Part shown: positions 36,579 through 51,081 of the stretch, one piece after another | Layout: each line of letters starts with the position of its first letter | Position numbering within the stretch: the stretch's first letter is position 1 | Assembly (NCBI RefSeq): GCF_006345805.1 | Contig: NC_043007.1 | Span: 24,428,001 to 24,492,000, forward strand | Direction: 5' to 3' | From: Octopus sinensis | Lineage: Eukaryota | DNA length: 64,000 nt | Notes under the pieces: generated by a model | The model's input: the letters and a program-made list of their open reading frames with translations, nothing else | Database searches by the model: none | What the model was told of the DNA's origin: nothing | Program-made: the position numbers and the translations under genes

Positions 36579-36799
36579 TTAAGAATTCATAATAATTGTT
36601 TTTTACTGAAGTGTAGAAGTATAGCAGATAATTTATCCCAGAAAATTAGCATTTTACTTGTCTGATGTCACTAATGCCAAAAGGAAAACCTAGCAGAAAA
36701 GAATTATCACAGCTTACCATTTCTTTCATTACTGGACAATTTATTGTGTATATGTGTATGTATGTCGTGCATGTGTGAGTTTATGAAATATTTACACTC

Positions 36800-37224
36800 G
36801 TTACCAGCTTCGCTTTACTGGCACTTGTGCCCCGTGCTAGTAGGGTGCTAAGAGCACCATCCGAGTGTGATCGTTGCCAGAGCGGCTAACTGGCTTCCGT
36901 GCCGGTGGCATGTAGGAGGCACCATTCGAGTGGGATCGTTATCAGCATCGCCTTACTGGCACCTGTTCTGTTGGCATGTATAAAAAGATTCGAGCGAGGT
37001 CGTTGCGAGTACCACCTGACAGGCCCCCATGCCGGTGGCACGTGAAAGCACCCACTATACTCTGTAAAGTGGTTGGCATTAGGAAGGGCATCCAGCTGTA
37101 GAAACTCTGCCAGATCAAGACTGGAGCCTGGTGTAGCCATCTGGTTCGCCAGCCCTCAGTCGAATCGTCCAACCCATGCTAGCATGGAGAGTGGACGTTA
37201 AACGATGACGACGATGACGATGAT
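36800..37224 (+). mobile_element. SINE-like family C with (GAT)n tail
   Basis: Internal ~61-bp repeats, then ggcattaggaagggcatccagctgtagaaa...catgctagcatggagagtggacgttaaacgatga. Confidence 0.85.
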
Positions 37225-38391
37225 GAAATAAATGCTACAGTGACTCTACTTCTTACTGTAGCAAAAAAAGGAGCTTTTATGCAGGGACCTATATCCAGCT
37301 ACGTGAAGTCACCATATGATAAGCTGTCATTTTATTCAACCCCTTCTTACAGGAGCATATTACAACATCATTCAAGCAATATGAACCAGCATTGATTTGG
37401 ATAGAATGATGATGGCCTAAACAACTCAGCACGATATGGCAGTAGCATTTTATGTAATAGAACCGGAATAAATTTGTATCTAATCGATATCAGACAATTT
37501 CAAGAGAGGCCAATGGATTATTGCAATAATTAATACAGTATGAGGTGATATTTTATTTATCATGAAATGGAATGTGCACAGAATGATTAGGCAGATGCTA
37601 AGCCGAAGGCTGTACATTAAAATGGTGATGCTCTGATTCTTCAATGAATGTTCTAGATTGCTTCGGCAAAAATGCTTAGAGTGATAATAAAAGATATTTT
37701 GGATTCTGCTGCCATTTATCAGGAATATCACAAAATGACAAATAAATACATGAATTGTTTAAAATTTTAAAAAAATCAATAAAAAGGAAAAACATATTTG
37801 TGTGCGAGTGTGTTTGTGTGTGTGGGTGGTGTGCAGGCATTTATATGAATATCAATGTTCAGTATATGTGCATGTATGTGTGTGTATATATGTAGAATGT
37901 GCATGTGTATATATATACATATATAATATAATATATATATATATATATATATATTTAATATAATACATATACATCTATATACATATATATATACACATAT
38001 ATATATATATACAAATATATACATATACATATATATATATATGCGTGTGTATATATATATATATATATATGTATGTATACACATATACATATATACACAT
38101 ATACATACACACACAGGCACACACAGACACACACACATGTATGTATGTATAGAGTGTTAAGTGTGATGTACAGAAATTGCATTTTGAGTAAGAAGTTGAC
38201 AGAATTTTGGAAAAAAATCTTTTTATTTCTTCATTATTAGTGCTTTTGTTCCTTTCTCAAACTTGTCAAATAAAATTTTGTGTGAATGTACAAACAGCTT
38301 GTTCAGTTATATAAAACAGGTGTTTTTTAGGGGTTTTGTTTAGAAGAGAACATTGTTTTTGTTTTTTTGGGTGAGGTTCCATGACAATGTA

Positions 38392-38429
<38 letters not shown>

Positions 38430-39116
38430 CACAGACACACACATACATATATACACACACACACACACATATATATATGTATATACATACATATATATAT
38501 ACATATATACATATATATATACATACATATATATATACTTATACATATATACATATATATATATATCGTCATTGTTTAATGTCCATTTTCCATGCTAGCG
38601 AAGATTTAACAGTTTGACAGAAACCAACAAACCAGAAAAGTGTGTCAAGCTCCAATGTCCACCTTGGTATGATTTCTATCACTTGAGCAAATGTCTATTG
38701 TAAATGCTTGTTCCATGTCACTAACACTCATGGGCTCACCAAATACTTGCAACACTAAACCCTCAAGTAAGTAGGGTACAGCATTGAAGAATAAGTTGAA
38801 AGTATGATATATATATATATATAAGAGAGGGCTCTTAGTAGCTAACTCTGAAATCGGTCCGATATGGTAATAATGGAATTTTTTAGAAATTTCTGTTGAT
38901 CTTTATTCGAGTAGCGTGCGTATTGTGAAAAAACTATATGGTTAATGGACAATATGTCCAGTTTCTCGGTATATTTGGCATTAGAAATTTTTTTCCCTTG
39001 CCCTCATTTATGAATTATATAAATTTAACCGTTAAAGGTATTTTTTAATATGCTGGCCATTGATGAAATTGTTTGCGAGAAAATATTTTTTTCGAAAAGA
39101 ATTTTATCCTCACATT

Positions 39117-39159
<43 letters not shown>

Positions 39160-40144
39160 ATGGATCTTAATAGATCCATTGAGGCCAAGCACTTAAACGA
39201 TTTTGGTGCCACCATATACATGTAACTCAAATTTAAACAATAATAAGAAATAAAATGATTTTTTTTTCTTTTTCAAAATGAAAGAAAACTAAGAGTAAGA
39301 TGGGAAAAAAATATTTATTTTATCTTTTTATGTTTCCGCTTTATATTTCAAAAGTTTTCTTCCACTGTTTTCTAATTGTAAAGTCTTCGATCAGATCATC
39401 GCCATGACAACATGAACACTTTGAAATTATATATTTCTGATCATATAAATCACTTTCAATATTGTTGTAACAAGTTTAAAGTGATTTATTTCGTACCATA
39501 AACCATTTACCATTTCTGCAGTGCCCCCACTTCTTTTGATGCACTAAGTATGTGCTTATTCTGATCAATGGTTAATCCAGCACTGATTAAAGGGGTCGGA
39601 ATCTGATAGAGAAACAAGTGTCTTGCCTGTGTCCTTCTTACATATTTTCATCCCTTAATTGCCAGTCCTCAGTCAAACTGTCCAACCCATGCCAGCATGG
39701 AAAGCCGGCATTAAACGATGAGGATGTTGATAACGATGATATACATATATAGTTTACTGTTTTGTTATAGGCAAGACTGGCAAAAAGAAAATACTCCATC
39801 TAGTGAGAGATAAATATCATTTAATATACACAGTATTTAAATACAAGCTACAAATAGTTTCATGCTGTGGAAGCACAATGTTGAAACCAGTGAGTCTATG
39901 AACATGGTTTATTCCAGTCATTTATAAACAGAGGATTCAGAATATGAATTTAGTAACTGTAATTTATGAAATTTCAGCTTCAGAATATAAATTATACATA
40001 CTTACAAATATACATACATTCATTTCATCATACGTATAGTTCAGATTTACAGAAAACAAATGACGAAGACAGGTGAAGGAACAACAAAGCAGGTGTATTA
40101 GGTTAATGTATGGGAAGAATGTGGAAAAGTTTGTGTGTTTGTGT

Positions 40145-40148
40145 ATCC

Positions 40149-40181
<33 letters not shown>

Positions 40182-40456
40182 TATATATATGCACATATAT
40201 ATACATATACATATATACACATATACATATATACACATATACATATATACACATATACATATATATATATATATACATATATATATACATATATACATAT
40301 ACATATATACATATATATATATCCATATATATATATACATATACACATACATATACACATATCTATATACATATATATATACATATATATATAATATATA
40401 TATACATATATATATACATATATATATATACATATATAACAATATATATATATATT

Positions 40457-40502
<46 letters not shown>

Positions 40503-40564
40503 GCATATATGTATACATAGATATACACACACAAACACACACACATACACACACACCCACACAC

Positions 40565-40628
<64 letters not shown>

Positions 40629-40660
40629 TTCATACACACATACAATTATATATGTATATA
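40145..40660. repeat. (TA)/(CATA)/(CA) microsatellite
   Basis: Directly visible in the sequence. Confidence 0.95.
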
Positions 40661-42125
40661 TCCGTGTATGCATGTGTGGATTGCTGAACATTTATGTTTA
40701 CAAATAGGAAAAAAAAAAAAATCATAAAATATGTAATAAAAAAAAAAACACGTAGCAAAGAACTACCAAATTAATTTGAACAGGATATAGAAGACTGCAA
40801 ATGAAGGCAGAAATTCTGCAGCTTACAGGTCGTTACAACTTGGTAAAGGTTAGGCTTAAGGTTTAGAACTAAGATTAGACTCGCAGAATGAAGAGAACGC
40901 ATGTGAAAATGTTAAGAAGTATTAATATAAAAAGAAATGAACAAAAACATAAATAAATGGAGAGAATTAATTAAATACGTTCAACATGTTTTTTCTCCTT
41001 CAAAATATTTTCATCTCCCAACATTGTTTCAAGACAGTTGGTGAATGTTGAGCTTAATTTTTACATTTTTTTCACCCCCAACCCAGGTAATCATCATAAG
41101 AGGGCGTTGACTATATGACAGGATGTTATAAGACAGGGAAACAGTTTGCGCTTTGTGTTTTTTTTCTCCCTGTATCATTCATGTTCTAAGGCTGACTAAT
41201 ATCTTTCTCAAGGACAATAAAACCATGCTTCTTCTCACTTAGTCAAAAGCAGACCATTTATATATACATATATATATAAATATGTATATATATATATATA
41301 TGTATGTATATATATGTATATATATATATTTTTTTGGTAGGTTGCGGTTATGGAGAGTGGAGTTTGTAGTGGTATCGGTGTTGGTGGTGGTGTCAGCGTT
41401 GATGGTGGTGGTGGTGGTCGTCGTCGTGGTGGTAGTCACAGTGGTTGTTGTATTGAAGGGGGGGGGGAAATTCTGTCCCTAGAATTATTTCACTGTTTTC
41501 TTTTGAAAAAATGCTTATATTGCCTGATTTTCAACAATTGTGATTCAGTATTTTAATCTGTGATGAAGTTACCACTGCTGGTAATAGTAATGGATGAAGG
41601 TGGTGGTGGTGGTGGTGGCGGCGGTGGTGATGGTGGTGGTGGTGGTGTTAGTGCTGAGTGCATGTGATAATGTTGACGGGTGATGTAGAAAATGGTAGAA
41701 TTGGCATTGATGGTGATGACAGTAATGCTGATAGTGGTGTTGATGGTGGTGGTGGTGGAGGTGGTGGTGGTGGTGGTGATGTTGATTGTGGTGGTTGGTG
41801 GAGATGGCAGCGAAGGTAGCAAGTATCACAAATAACAAGAACCACAATCCTGTTATCTAATTCTTCAGTTAGGCTTAGGCCAGCATGACCAAGCCCATGC
41901 TGGAGCCTCCTGTCACACAGATGTCAAAAATTACATGTCAGCCATGTACTTTTAAGTTTAGCCTTCAAGATATGCAAAAGACAGACACACCACACACACA
42001 TACATAAAGAAAAAAACAAAAGCAAAGCAAAACTACAAAAAAAAAACTAACAAAAAATGCGCATGGAAATTATAATGTAAAACCCAACACACACACACCC
42101 TTACATATATATATATATATATACA

Positions 42126-42507
42126 CTCTTTTTCTCTTTTACTTGTTTCAGTCATTTGACTGTGGCCATGCTGGAGCACTGCCTTTAGTCGAGCAAATCG
42201 ACCCCAGGACTTATTTTTGTAAACGTAGTACTTATTCTATCGGTCTCTTTTGCCGAACCGCTAAGTTACGGGGATGTAACCACACCACCATCGGTTGTCA
42301 AGTGTCAAGCGACACACACATATATATACACATGCATATATATACGACGGGCCTCTTTCAGTTTCCATCTACCAAATCCACTCACAAGGCTTTGGTCAGC
42401 CCAAGGCTATAGTAGAAGACACTTGCCTGAGGTGCTACACAGTGGGACTGAACCCGGAACCATGTGGTTGGTAAGCAAGCTACTTACCACACAGCCACTC
42501 CTGCGCC
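42126..42507 (-). mobile_element. SINE family A, full length
   Basis: Reverse-complement match to 20553-20969. Confidence 0.9.
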
Positions 42508-42823
42508 TGTGTGTATATATATATATATATATATGTATATAAATACACACACACATACATACAGCATATTTAACATAATTTTAATCATTAACAGATTCTA
42601 GACTTGTTTTATATATATCAGCTGAAATGTTAAATAAAAATTACTGACGTGTTTCAGACCAGACTGAAAAGCAAAATTAAGATCTCACTAAGACAGTAAA
42701 TCTGTCAAGTATTATCAGTGAAGTATTGAGATTTATGGTATCAGATTATCCCCGCCCGTCAAAATAGCTAGTTTTGTGCCTAAATCAGAAACGTTATCAT
42801 TATTATTATCATTATTAGTAATA

Positions 42824-43040
42824 AGGTGGTGAGCTGGCAGAAATGTTAGCATACCGGGCAAAATGCTTAGCAGTATTTCGTCTGCCGCTACGTTCTGAGT
42901 TCAAATTCCGCTGAGGTCGACTTTGCCTTTCATCCCTTCAGGGTCGATAAATTAAGTACCAGTTGCGTACTGAGGTCGATCTAATTGACTGGCCTCCTGC
43001 CCCAAAATTTCGGGCTCTGTAGTTTGAGTAGAAAAGATTA
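42824..43040 (+). mobile_element. SINE family B variant with an (ATT)n tail
   Basis: Same head and core as 59313, with a different 3' end (cccaaaatttcgggc...agaaaagattattatt). Confidence 0.82.
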
Positions 43041-43194
43041 TTATTAACTCAGATTTTGCTGTGACTTCTGGAGTCTGGATGTGTAGTGGACTGGCTGCCT
43101 GCAGCCTACAGTACCTTGTTATCTTTCCTTTTCAACTAACATTTTCCTGATTATTCTGGCCATACCAAGGAAGTAAACCTTTATTATTATTATT

Positions 43195-43710
43195 GAGTGA
43201 GAGAACAGTGCATACCTGTATACCCATCATGACTACTCATCTAAGGATATACCAGGCACATGCATCACAACCATATGCGTGCAATATGGTGATCTCATAT
43301 GAAGATAAACAGTGCATGACCTTGCAGGTGGGGCCCAGTTAGAAGTTTCTTCTGGTCGAGTAGCCCATCCCACTCAAGAGGTCCCTGAATAAGGATTGTT
43401 TAAGGATGTTGAACGAACCACCCATATTTCCAAAGGTGAAGTATTCAAACCTCTAAGAATTCCTTTCAACGCATGGCTATGATGCTCCCCCACTACTTCT
43501 GCTCATGATCAGAGATGCACATATCGTCAGCCACTAAGGGACATGCTCAACTGGTTATGGTCAAATAACTGACAAGCAAACCTCTGGTATTCAGCAGAAT
43601 ATTTGCTGTAGCCCACCTTTTATACCAAGACAAAACAATGTACATGATAACACTTCCCTATCAGTTAAGATCAGAAGCCATGAGAGCCACTGTCTGGTAC
43701 TGCATCAGGG
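43195..43710. mobile_element. Non-coding ~515-bp element flanked on both sides by (TTA)n
   Basis: A second partial copy at 21385-21700 also abuts (TTA)n; no ORF or TIR seen. Confidence 0.75.
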
Positions 43711-43742
<32 letters not shown>

Positions 43743-44191
43743 GAAACAGAATTGTTAGTGCATTGGTCAAACACTTAGCAACATTTCTTCTGGTTCTCTG
43801 CATTCTGAGTTCAAATTCCACTGAGATCAGTTTTGCCTTTTCATTCTCTTCCTATCGGACTTGATAGAATAAAGCACTGGCACTGATGAAATCAACTAGT
43901 CCCATCCCCTCAAAACTGATGGCTTTGTGACAAAATCAGAAAGAATCTATGCTAAAAGCCCCACCACTGTCCTCTTAATGTCTCTTCATCTATCACCCTT
44001 TTGGCAAATAATGTTAAGTATTATCATTCCACCAGGTCAACTTTGCCTTTCATCCTTTGAGGGTCAACAAATTTAGTACCAGTAGAGTACTGGGGTGAAT
44101 GTAATTGACTTAACTCCTCCCCACAAAAATTTCAGGCCTTGTGCCTTTAGGAGAAAGGATTATTATTATCATTATCATTATTATATTTATG

Positions 44192-44226
<35 letters not shown>

Positions 44227-44594
44227 TATTATTATTATTATTATTAGTAGTAGTAGTAGTAGTATTATTATTATCATTGTTGTTGTTGTTGTTGTTATTG
44301 AAACAATACCACCACCGCCACCATCTTTATTACTATTATTTGCCATAGTCATTGTAAAAGAAAAAGAGAAAAAGTGTCTGCAATGAATATGATGTCTGAT
44401 TAATAATTTGATGTGTGTGCCACTAGGTTATATGGTTATCTCATAGTGTTTCCATAGTTACTGGCCAGTTCCAAAATGAAATTCTGTGAAAATTGTTGCT
44501 AACTATTAGAGTAAAGAGCAGTGATTAGGAAATGACTTGTCAAATATGAAGAAGATCTATGATGCTTCTGCAGGATTTCTCAAACATGGAGTTT

Positions 44595-45470
44595 GAGAGC
44601 GAGTGGTGGGTCATGAGCAATGATGGGTGAGTGGTGGGGGTGAGTAGTGAGGATGAGGATGAGTAGTGAGGGTGAGGGTGAGTGATGAGGAATGGATGGG
44701 GAATGGTGAAGAGCAAATGGTGAGTGATGAAGGTTAAGGATGAGTGGTGAAAGGTGAGGGTGAATAGGGAGAAGTGAGTGACAAGTGGTGAGGGTGAGTG
44801 ATGAGATGTGACTGGTGAGTGGTGAGGGTGAGTGATGAGGAGTGGATGGTGAATGGTGAGTGATGAAGGTTAAAGGATGAGTGGTGAATGGTGAGGGTGA
44901 ATAGTAAGAAGTGAGTGACAAGTGGTGAGGATGAGTGATGAGATGTGACTGGTGAGTGGTGAGGGTGAGTGGTGGGTTGTGAAAGATGGAGGGTGAGTAG
45001 TGAAAGATGAGAAGTGAATGGTGAGGTTGAGATTGAGTGGTGAGGAATGAATGGTGAATAGGGAGAATTGAGGATGAGTGGTAAATAGTGGCTGGTGAGT
45101 GATGAGGGTGAGTGATGAGTAGTGAATGAGTGATGGATGATGATTCTGAGCAGTGAAGTGTGGATGGTGAGTGATAAGGGTAAGTGGTAAATGATAGGTG
45201 ATGAGGGTTGAGAGTGAGTGGTGAAGAGTGGATGGAGAATGATGAGGGATGATGGTGGGAGATGAGTATTGAGGGTGAGTGGTGAAGATTGGAGTTGAAC
45301 CTGAGAGTTAAGATAAGCTTGAGACTGAGGTTGATACTTGGGTCAAGTGGAAGATTGAGGCTGAGAATCAAGTTGAAAATGAAGCTGTCTTTGAGGATGA
45401 AGGCGAGAGTCAGGAGTGAAGTCGATGTTGGAGTTGAGGTTGGGAGTCAAGTTAAGACTCAGGTTGAGTG
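44595..45470. repeat. C-poor GTGA/GGTGA degenerate satellite with a ~140-bp internal duplication
   Basis: The block ...gaagtgagtgacaagtggtgagg.tgagtgatgagatgtgactggtgagtggtgaggg occurs at ~44770 and ~44908. Confidence 0.85.
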
Positions 45471-46514
45471 CAACTGTAAGTCAAACTCAAAAGGGAGTAA
45501 ACACTGTTACTTACACAGATCAAAAGAGATTGTTAGTTACTACACCTGGTAATTATGTTGATAACTGGATCGATTGCTTATTGAACTAAGAAAGGAAGGC
45601 TGTCCCAGGATGGGACATGTGATACTTGTGAAGGATGATGATTGGATAAAGGAGTGGCAAGCAATCCAAAAGGGAAGAAACTTCTGGGAGAGGAAGACAT
45701 GGGGAGAAGATAGTGAAGATTGATCTCAGATGCTGACCTTCAGGAACATGAATAAGATGGTGATGGTGGTGGTGGTGGTGGTGGTGATGAGGATGATGAT
45801 GATGATGATGAAGACGATGGGCCACAACAAGCGGCAAAATGTTGTGTTGTTAGAGAAGACTTGTCCAACCCATCCTGGCATAGCAAAAAACAAATGACCT
45901 GATGTTGCTCCTGATGATGATGATGATGGTAATTGTGATAGTGATGATGGTTGGGATGATGATGATGATGATTGTAGTGGTGGTATGATGGGTGTGGTGG
46001 TGATAATGGGTGTGGTGGTGGTGGTGATGATGAAGATGCTGCCGCTGTTGGAGGCTGCAGTGGTGATGGTGATAGAGTTGGTGGTAGTGGTGGTGGTGAT
46101 GATGATGATGATGGATGATGATATTCATTGTTTCCAGCTATTGGACATTGTTTCCAGCTATTTGACATTAAATGACACACACTACCCTGGATTGTCGATT
46201 TGGTTTCATGGTCGGATACTTTCAACTAAATGAACCTGCACATGTAGAAACATACACACACACACACACCACACACACACACACACAGAAACAGAACAGA
46301 TACACACAGAGAAAAACATGCAGTAACAAATGAAAACACATACACACACAAATACATGTGCTAGCTAATATGTTTGCATGTGCAGGCATAAACATATCAG
46401 ATGCAGGGAAGTGTATAGATGTATACAACTATCATTATATCAACATATACCCTGTTGCACATTTACAGATCTATATAATTTTACTAATAAACTCACATGT
46501 ATGTTTATACATAC

Positions 46515-46563
<49 letters not shown>

Positions 46564-47214
46564 CATATATGCATACACACACATATACATGTATATACTT
46601 ACACATGCATGCAGGTACACACATGTACACACACAGACGTACATGTATACAAACTAGCACCTTTACAAACACAAACATATACAAAGTCACACACATACGG
46701 GTACGACTGTGTACCCACACACAAACAGGTATACATACACACACACACACACAGAGTTGCATACAGAGAACTGAACATACACACAAACAGACACACACAT
46801 TCACTCATACTTTCATCTCTTTGTTGCTCCTGGAATTAGCAGAAATTTTAATGCCGATGTCAGTGAAATCCTTTGATGTGTCTCAGGTGTATGATTACCT
46901 GCATAAAAGTACTACAACATGAAGAGGAGAGCGAGTCTCTGTCTCCACTCACCTAATTAACTATCGAAAAATATATAAAACATTGACCACCACACCTTGT
47001 GTCTGAGCGAGTAGAATAGCAAGCCAATCTACTGCTAGAGATAGCAGTCATCTCTCTCTCTCTCTCTCTCTTGTTAGATGCTATTGTAATTTAGATACAC
47101 TTATATACACTATGTCTAATTCTAAGACAGGATGGTCATGATTTGGAACATCTTTAATCATAGATAGGCATGGCTGTGTGTTTGAGAAATATATATATAT
47201 ATATATACATACAA

Positions 47215-47598
47215 AGGCACAGGTGTGGCTTTGAGGTAGGAAGCTTGCTTCCCAACCACATGGATCTAGGTTCAGTCCCACTGCATGGCACCTTAGGCAA
47301 GTGCCTTCTGCTATAGCCTTGGGCCAACCAAAGCCTTGTGTGTGGATTTGGTAGAAAGAAACTGAAAGAAACCTATCGTGTGTGTGTCTGTGTGTGTGTG
47401 TGCATGCATGTGTGTGTGCCTGTCTGTCTGTTTGTCTTTGTGTCTGTGTTTGTCCAAACCCCTCCTTGACAACAAGTGTTGATGTATTTACATCCCTGTG
47501 ACTTAGCAGTTTGGTAAAAGTAACCGATAGAATAAACACCAGGCTTAAAAAGCTCGAGTACTGGGTTTGATGCATTCAACTGAAATACTTCAAGGCAG
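47215..47598 (+). mobile_element. SINE family A (diverged)
   Basis: Colinear with 20553-20969; followed by a family C tail at 47605-47725. Confidence 0.82.
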
Positions 47599-47991
47599 TT
47601 TCATCCAGCTGTAGAAACTCTGCCAGATCAGATTGGAGCCTGGTGCAGCCTTCTGGTTCGCCAGTCCTCAGTCAAATCGTCCAACCCATGCTAGCATGGA
47701 AAGCAGACGTTAAAGAATGATGATGATACAAACACGCACGCACACGCACACACACACACACACACAGATGATGATGTGTTGGAGCAGCTGTAGTCCATTG
47801 AACTGAATGTAGTAAATATTTCCTGCAGACAAATAGTTGGATAAAAAGCAATGCAGATGCTGACTGGCAGGATGTGCAATTGGTCATTAATCAACAAAAT
47901 TAATTACTGGCCAGTGTGTTACCATCTGTGCCTGTTAATAATATCACAATAAATCGTATTAAGATAACAACAACAACAACTATAATAATAA

Positions 47992-48636
47992 TCTTTTCTA
48001 CTATAGGCAGAAGGCCTTAAATTGTTGGGGAGGGGACTAGCCAATTACAATGACCCCAGTGTTTCACTGGTACTTAATTTATCGACCCCGAAAGGATAAA
48101 AAGCAAAGTCGACCTCAGCGGAATTTGAACTCAGTACGTAGCGACAGGTGAAATATCGCTAAGCATTTTGTCCAATGTGCTAACATTTCTGCCAGCTTGC
48201 CGCCTTAAATGCAATAAATAATGATGATAATATTAAATTAAGGCACAAGGCCAGTAATTTTGGAGGATGGGGGTAAGTTGATTAATCTGACCCCAGTGTT
48301 CAATTGGTATATATTTTATCAATCCCAAAAGGGATGATGGGGTAAAGTCAACTTCAGCAGAATTTGAACTCAGAACATAAAGACAGGTGAAATTCCACAA
48401 AGCATTTTACCTATTTCTTTATTGCCCACAAGGGGCTAAACACAGAGAGGACAAACAAGGACAGACAGACGGATTAAGTCGATTATATCAACCCCAGTGC
48501 GTAACTGGTACTTAATTTATCGACCCCAAAAGGATGAAAGGCAAAGTCGACCTCAGCGAAATTTGAACCCAGAACGTAGCGGCAGACAAAATACTGCTAA
48601 GCATTTCGCCCGGCGTGCTAACGATTCTGCCAGCTC
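47992..48636 (-). mobile_element. Cluster of three family B SINEs (47992-48206, ~48240-48410, 48411-48636)
   Basis: Repeated accccag...actggtact...aaagtcgacctc.gc.gaatttgaactcag blocks. Confidence 0.85.
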
Positions 48637-48653
48637 AACAACTCATAAATGAC

Positions 48654-48694
<41 letters not shown>

Positions 48695-48824
48695 CAAATT
48701 TGGGAACAAGACCAGTAACTTTAGAGATTGAGGGTCAGTTGCCTGATTATATAATCTATGATTTAAGTTTGCACGCTTTCGAAATAACAAAGGACTGAAG
48801 TTAAACAAAGTTCTATATTATATA

Positions 48825-49227
48825 CTAGCAGTATAGCCCAGCGTTGCTTGGGTTTGTTTTCTTTTCGACCCTTTAGAATTGGAATTTTTGAAAAGTAAAA
48901 ATTTTGCATAATGAAGCTTGTTATTCTCTTTAAGTGAACATTTTTCTGTTTGAAATACACCGAAAAATGGCGACACAGCAGTAAAAAAATCGTAAAAAAT
49001 AGGGATTTTCATAGAAAAAAAGCACCTTTTTGATGTAAATAATTTTTGGTGTTAACATGGTCCGATTTGAATTATTTCTTGTATGGAAGGAAGAGCAAGC
49101 CTTCTTCTATCATACTCTCAATTTTGGTCAACTTGCACTGCAGGGTCTCGGAGAAGATAGTGTTAGTTGAAGGCTACCAACCCTGCCATATACAGACAAC
49201 TTCAGCTTTATATATAGAGAGAAGAGA
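48825..49227 (-). mobile_element. Non-autonomous Helitron with termini like 26089 but a different interior
   Basis: Plus strand a|ctagcagtatagcccagcgttgcttggg ... acaacttcagctttatatatagaga. Confidence 0.78.
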
Positions 49228-50009
49228 TGTAAGAGAGTTAATAAAATTTGCTGATTAATTGTCATTAGTTATTTTTGTGCAACATCTTGCAAGAAGTAAT
49301 TCAATTCTTCAAATGTTTCTCCAGCAAAGCATTGCAAACAAGCTTGCACGTAGTTTATATTATATTACACATTTATTGCACAGCATGTCCACTAAGCTGT
49401 GCAGTCATGCATTCACTGCATTGATGTTGCACGCATCAAAATGTTGCCATTAGTTTTAATTCACAAAATGCATTTACAAAACAAAACTAAGGATAGGTCT
49501 ATCTCAAAAGGATGATATCACACGTATTTCCACTGGATGGCACATCTACTTCTGGGAAGCATAACAGTGTGGTCAAGAAGTTCACTTTGCAACCAAATGG
49601 TTTCAGGTTCACTTTGCAAGCATGGAAGAGTGGACATTGAAATGACAACAACAACAACAACAACAACAACAATAATGATGATGGTGATGATGATGATGAT
49701 GATGATGATATCAAAATGCTAACAATGTACAACTGTGATAACTTATTTATATATACTTTCTTAAAAGCTGTATTTACATTAGGCTATATCATTGTCATCA
49801 TTTTAGCGTCCATTTTCCCATGCTTGCATAGAACAGACAGAATTTATGGAGGCTGCCAACTTTTACCTGTTTCCAAGCAAGGTAATATTTCCTCATGGCC
49901 AGACATGTTTTTGCAGAGTATTGGATAGTGACATTCATTTGCAACTATCATATGATGTCAAGACACGGACATACACACACACAGATTTGATGGACTTTTT
50001 TCAGTTTCT

Positions 50010-50418
50010 TATTTCTTTACTGCCCACATGGGGCTACACACTGAAGCGATAGACAAGGACAGACAAACGGATTAAGTCGATTATATCGACCCCAGTGCAT
50101 AACTGGTACTTATTTAATCGACCCTGAAAGGCAAAGTCGACCTTGGCGGAATTTGAACTCAGAACGTAACAGCAGACAAAATACCTATTTCTTTATTACC
50201 CACAAGGGGCTAAACACAGAGGGGACAAACAAGGACAGACATAGGTATTAAGTCGATTACATCGACCCCAGTGCATAACTGGTACTTATTTAATCGACCC
50301 TGAAAGGATGAAAGGCAAAGTCGACCTCAGCGGAATTTGAACTCAGAACGTAACAGCAGACAAAATACCGCTAAGCATTTTGCCTGGTGTGCTAACAATT
50401 CTGCCAGCTCACCACCTT
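50010..50418 (-). mobile_element. Two tandem family B SINEs (50010-50184 headless; 50185-50418 complete)
   Basis: Duplicated tail-to-B-box block. Confidence 0.88.
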
Positions 50419-51081
50419 AAACAGCACTTCTAGATATTAAAATAAAAAATTATGTCATGTCACTGAGAAAGTGTAAAGACAATTCGCTTCAATTTTAAGC
50501 AGTGATAGCCTTCATATCTTGTAAAAGCTGAATTATCATCTTTGTAAGAAAAATACAAAAGATAACAATAGGAGTTGCTTTCAAAAATCAATACACTAGT
50601 GACACTGTCTCTCTACCATTTGCGTCTATGCAAAAGTTCAAAAATGAGTTTACCAGAGGAAACAAATGGCAAGAATGGAAGATTGATTATTTAAAACAAT
50701 ATCTCATCTAATACGGTCATTCTGAAGTTATAGCCAAATCACAAAACCTGAAGGAAGGTTATTATTTTGAGAATGTTGAAAGCAACTCCACTTGAGCAAA
50801 AATCCAGAGTAGAACAAGAGGCCCAACCCTGGAGGAAGTTTACTGTTGATAAGGTTAAAGTCCTTATTGATAATATCATTTTAACAGTTAAAATAAATAC
50901 TTCAGGAAAAATTAATCGACACTTAACCAAATATTCTTTTATTCTTTTACTTGTTTCAGTTATCCGACCGCGGCCATGCTGGAGCACTGCCTTTAATATT
51001 TTTCTGAGTTGGTTCATTTGTTTAACGTCCGCTTTCCATGCTAGCATGGGTTGGACGATTTGACTGAGGACTGGCAAACCA

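Noticed and set aside
37233-37263. Hairpin tgctacagt...actgtagca next to an A run (terminator-like)
   Set aside because: A short stem in eukaryotic DNA with no associated gene; compatible with chance.
39445-39489. 12-bp perfect inverted repeat ataaatcacttt/aaagtgatttat
   Set aside because: AT-rich and probably part of an unresolved DNA-transposon relic; no further support.
44580-45371. 263-aa His/Ser/Pro-rich minus-strand ORF
   Set aside because: It is the translation of the GTGA-rich satellite, which is naturally poor in stops on that strand.
49374-49403. miR-92-like seed TATTGCAC in a small hairpin
   Set aside because: Only the seed matches, and the 8-bp stem is too short for a pre-miRNA.
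50568-50850. Protein-like frame (...MQKFKNEFTRGNKWQEWKIDYLKQYLI*YGHSEV...)
   Set aside because: Interrupted by stops and matches no family I recognise.
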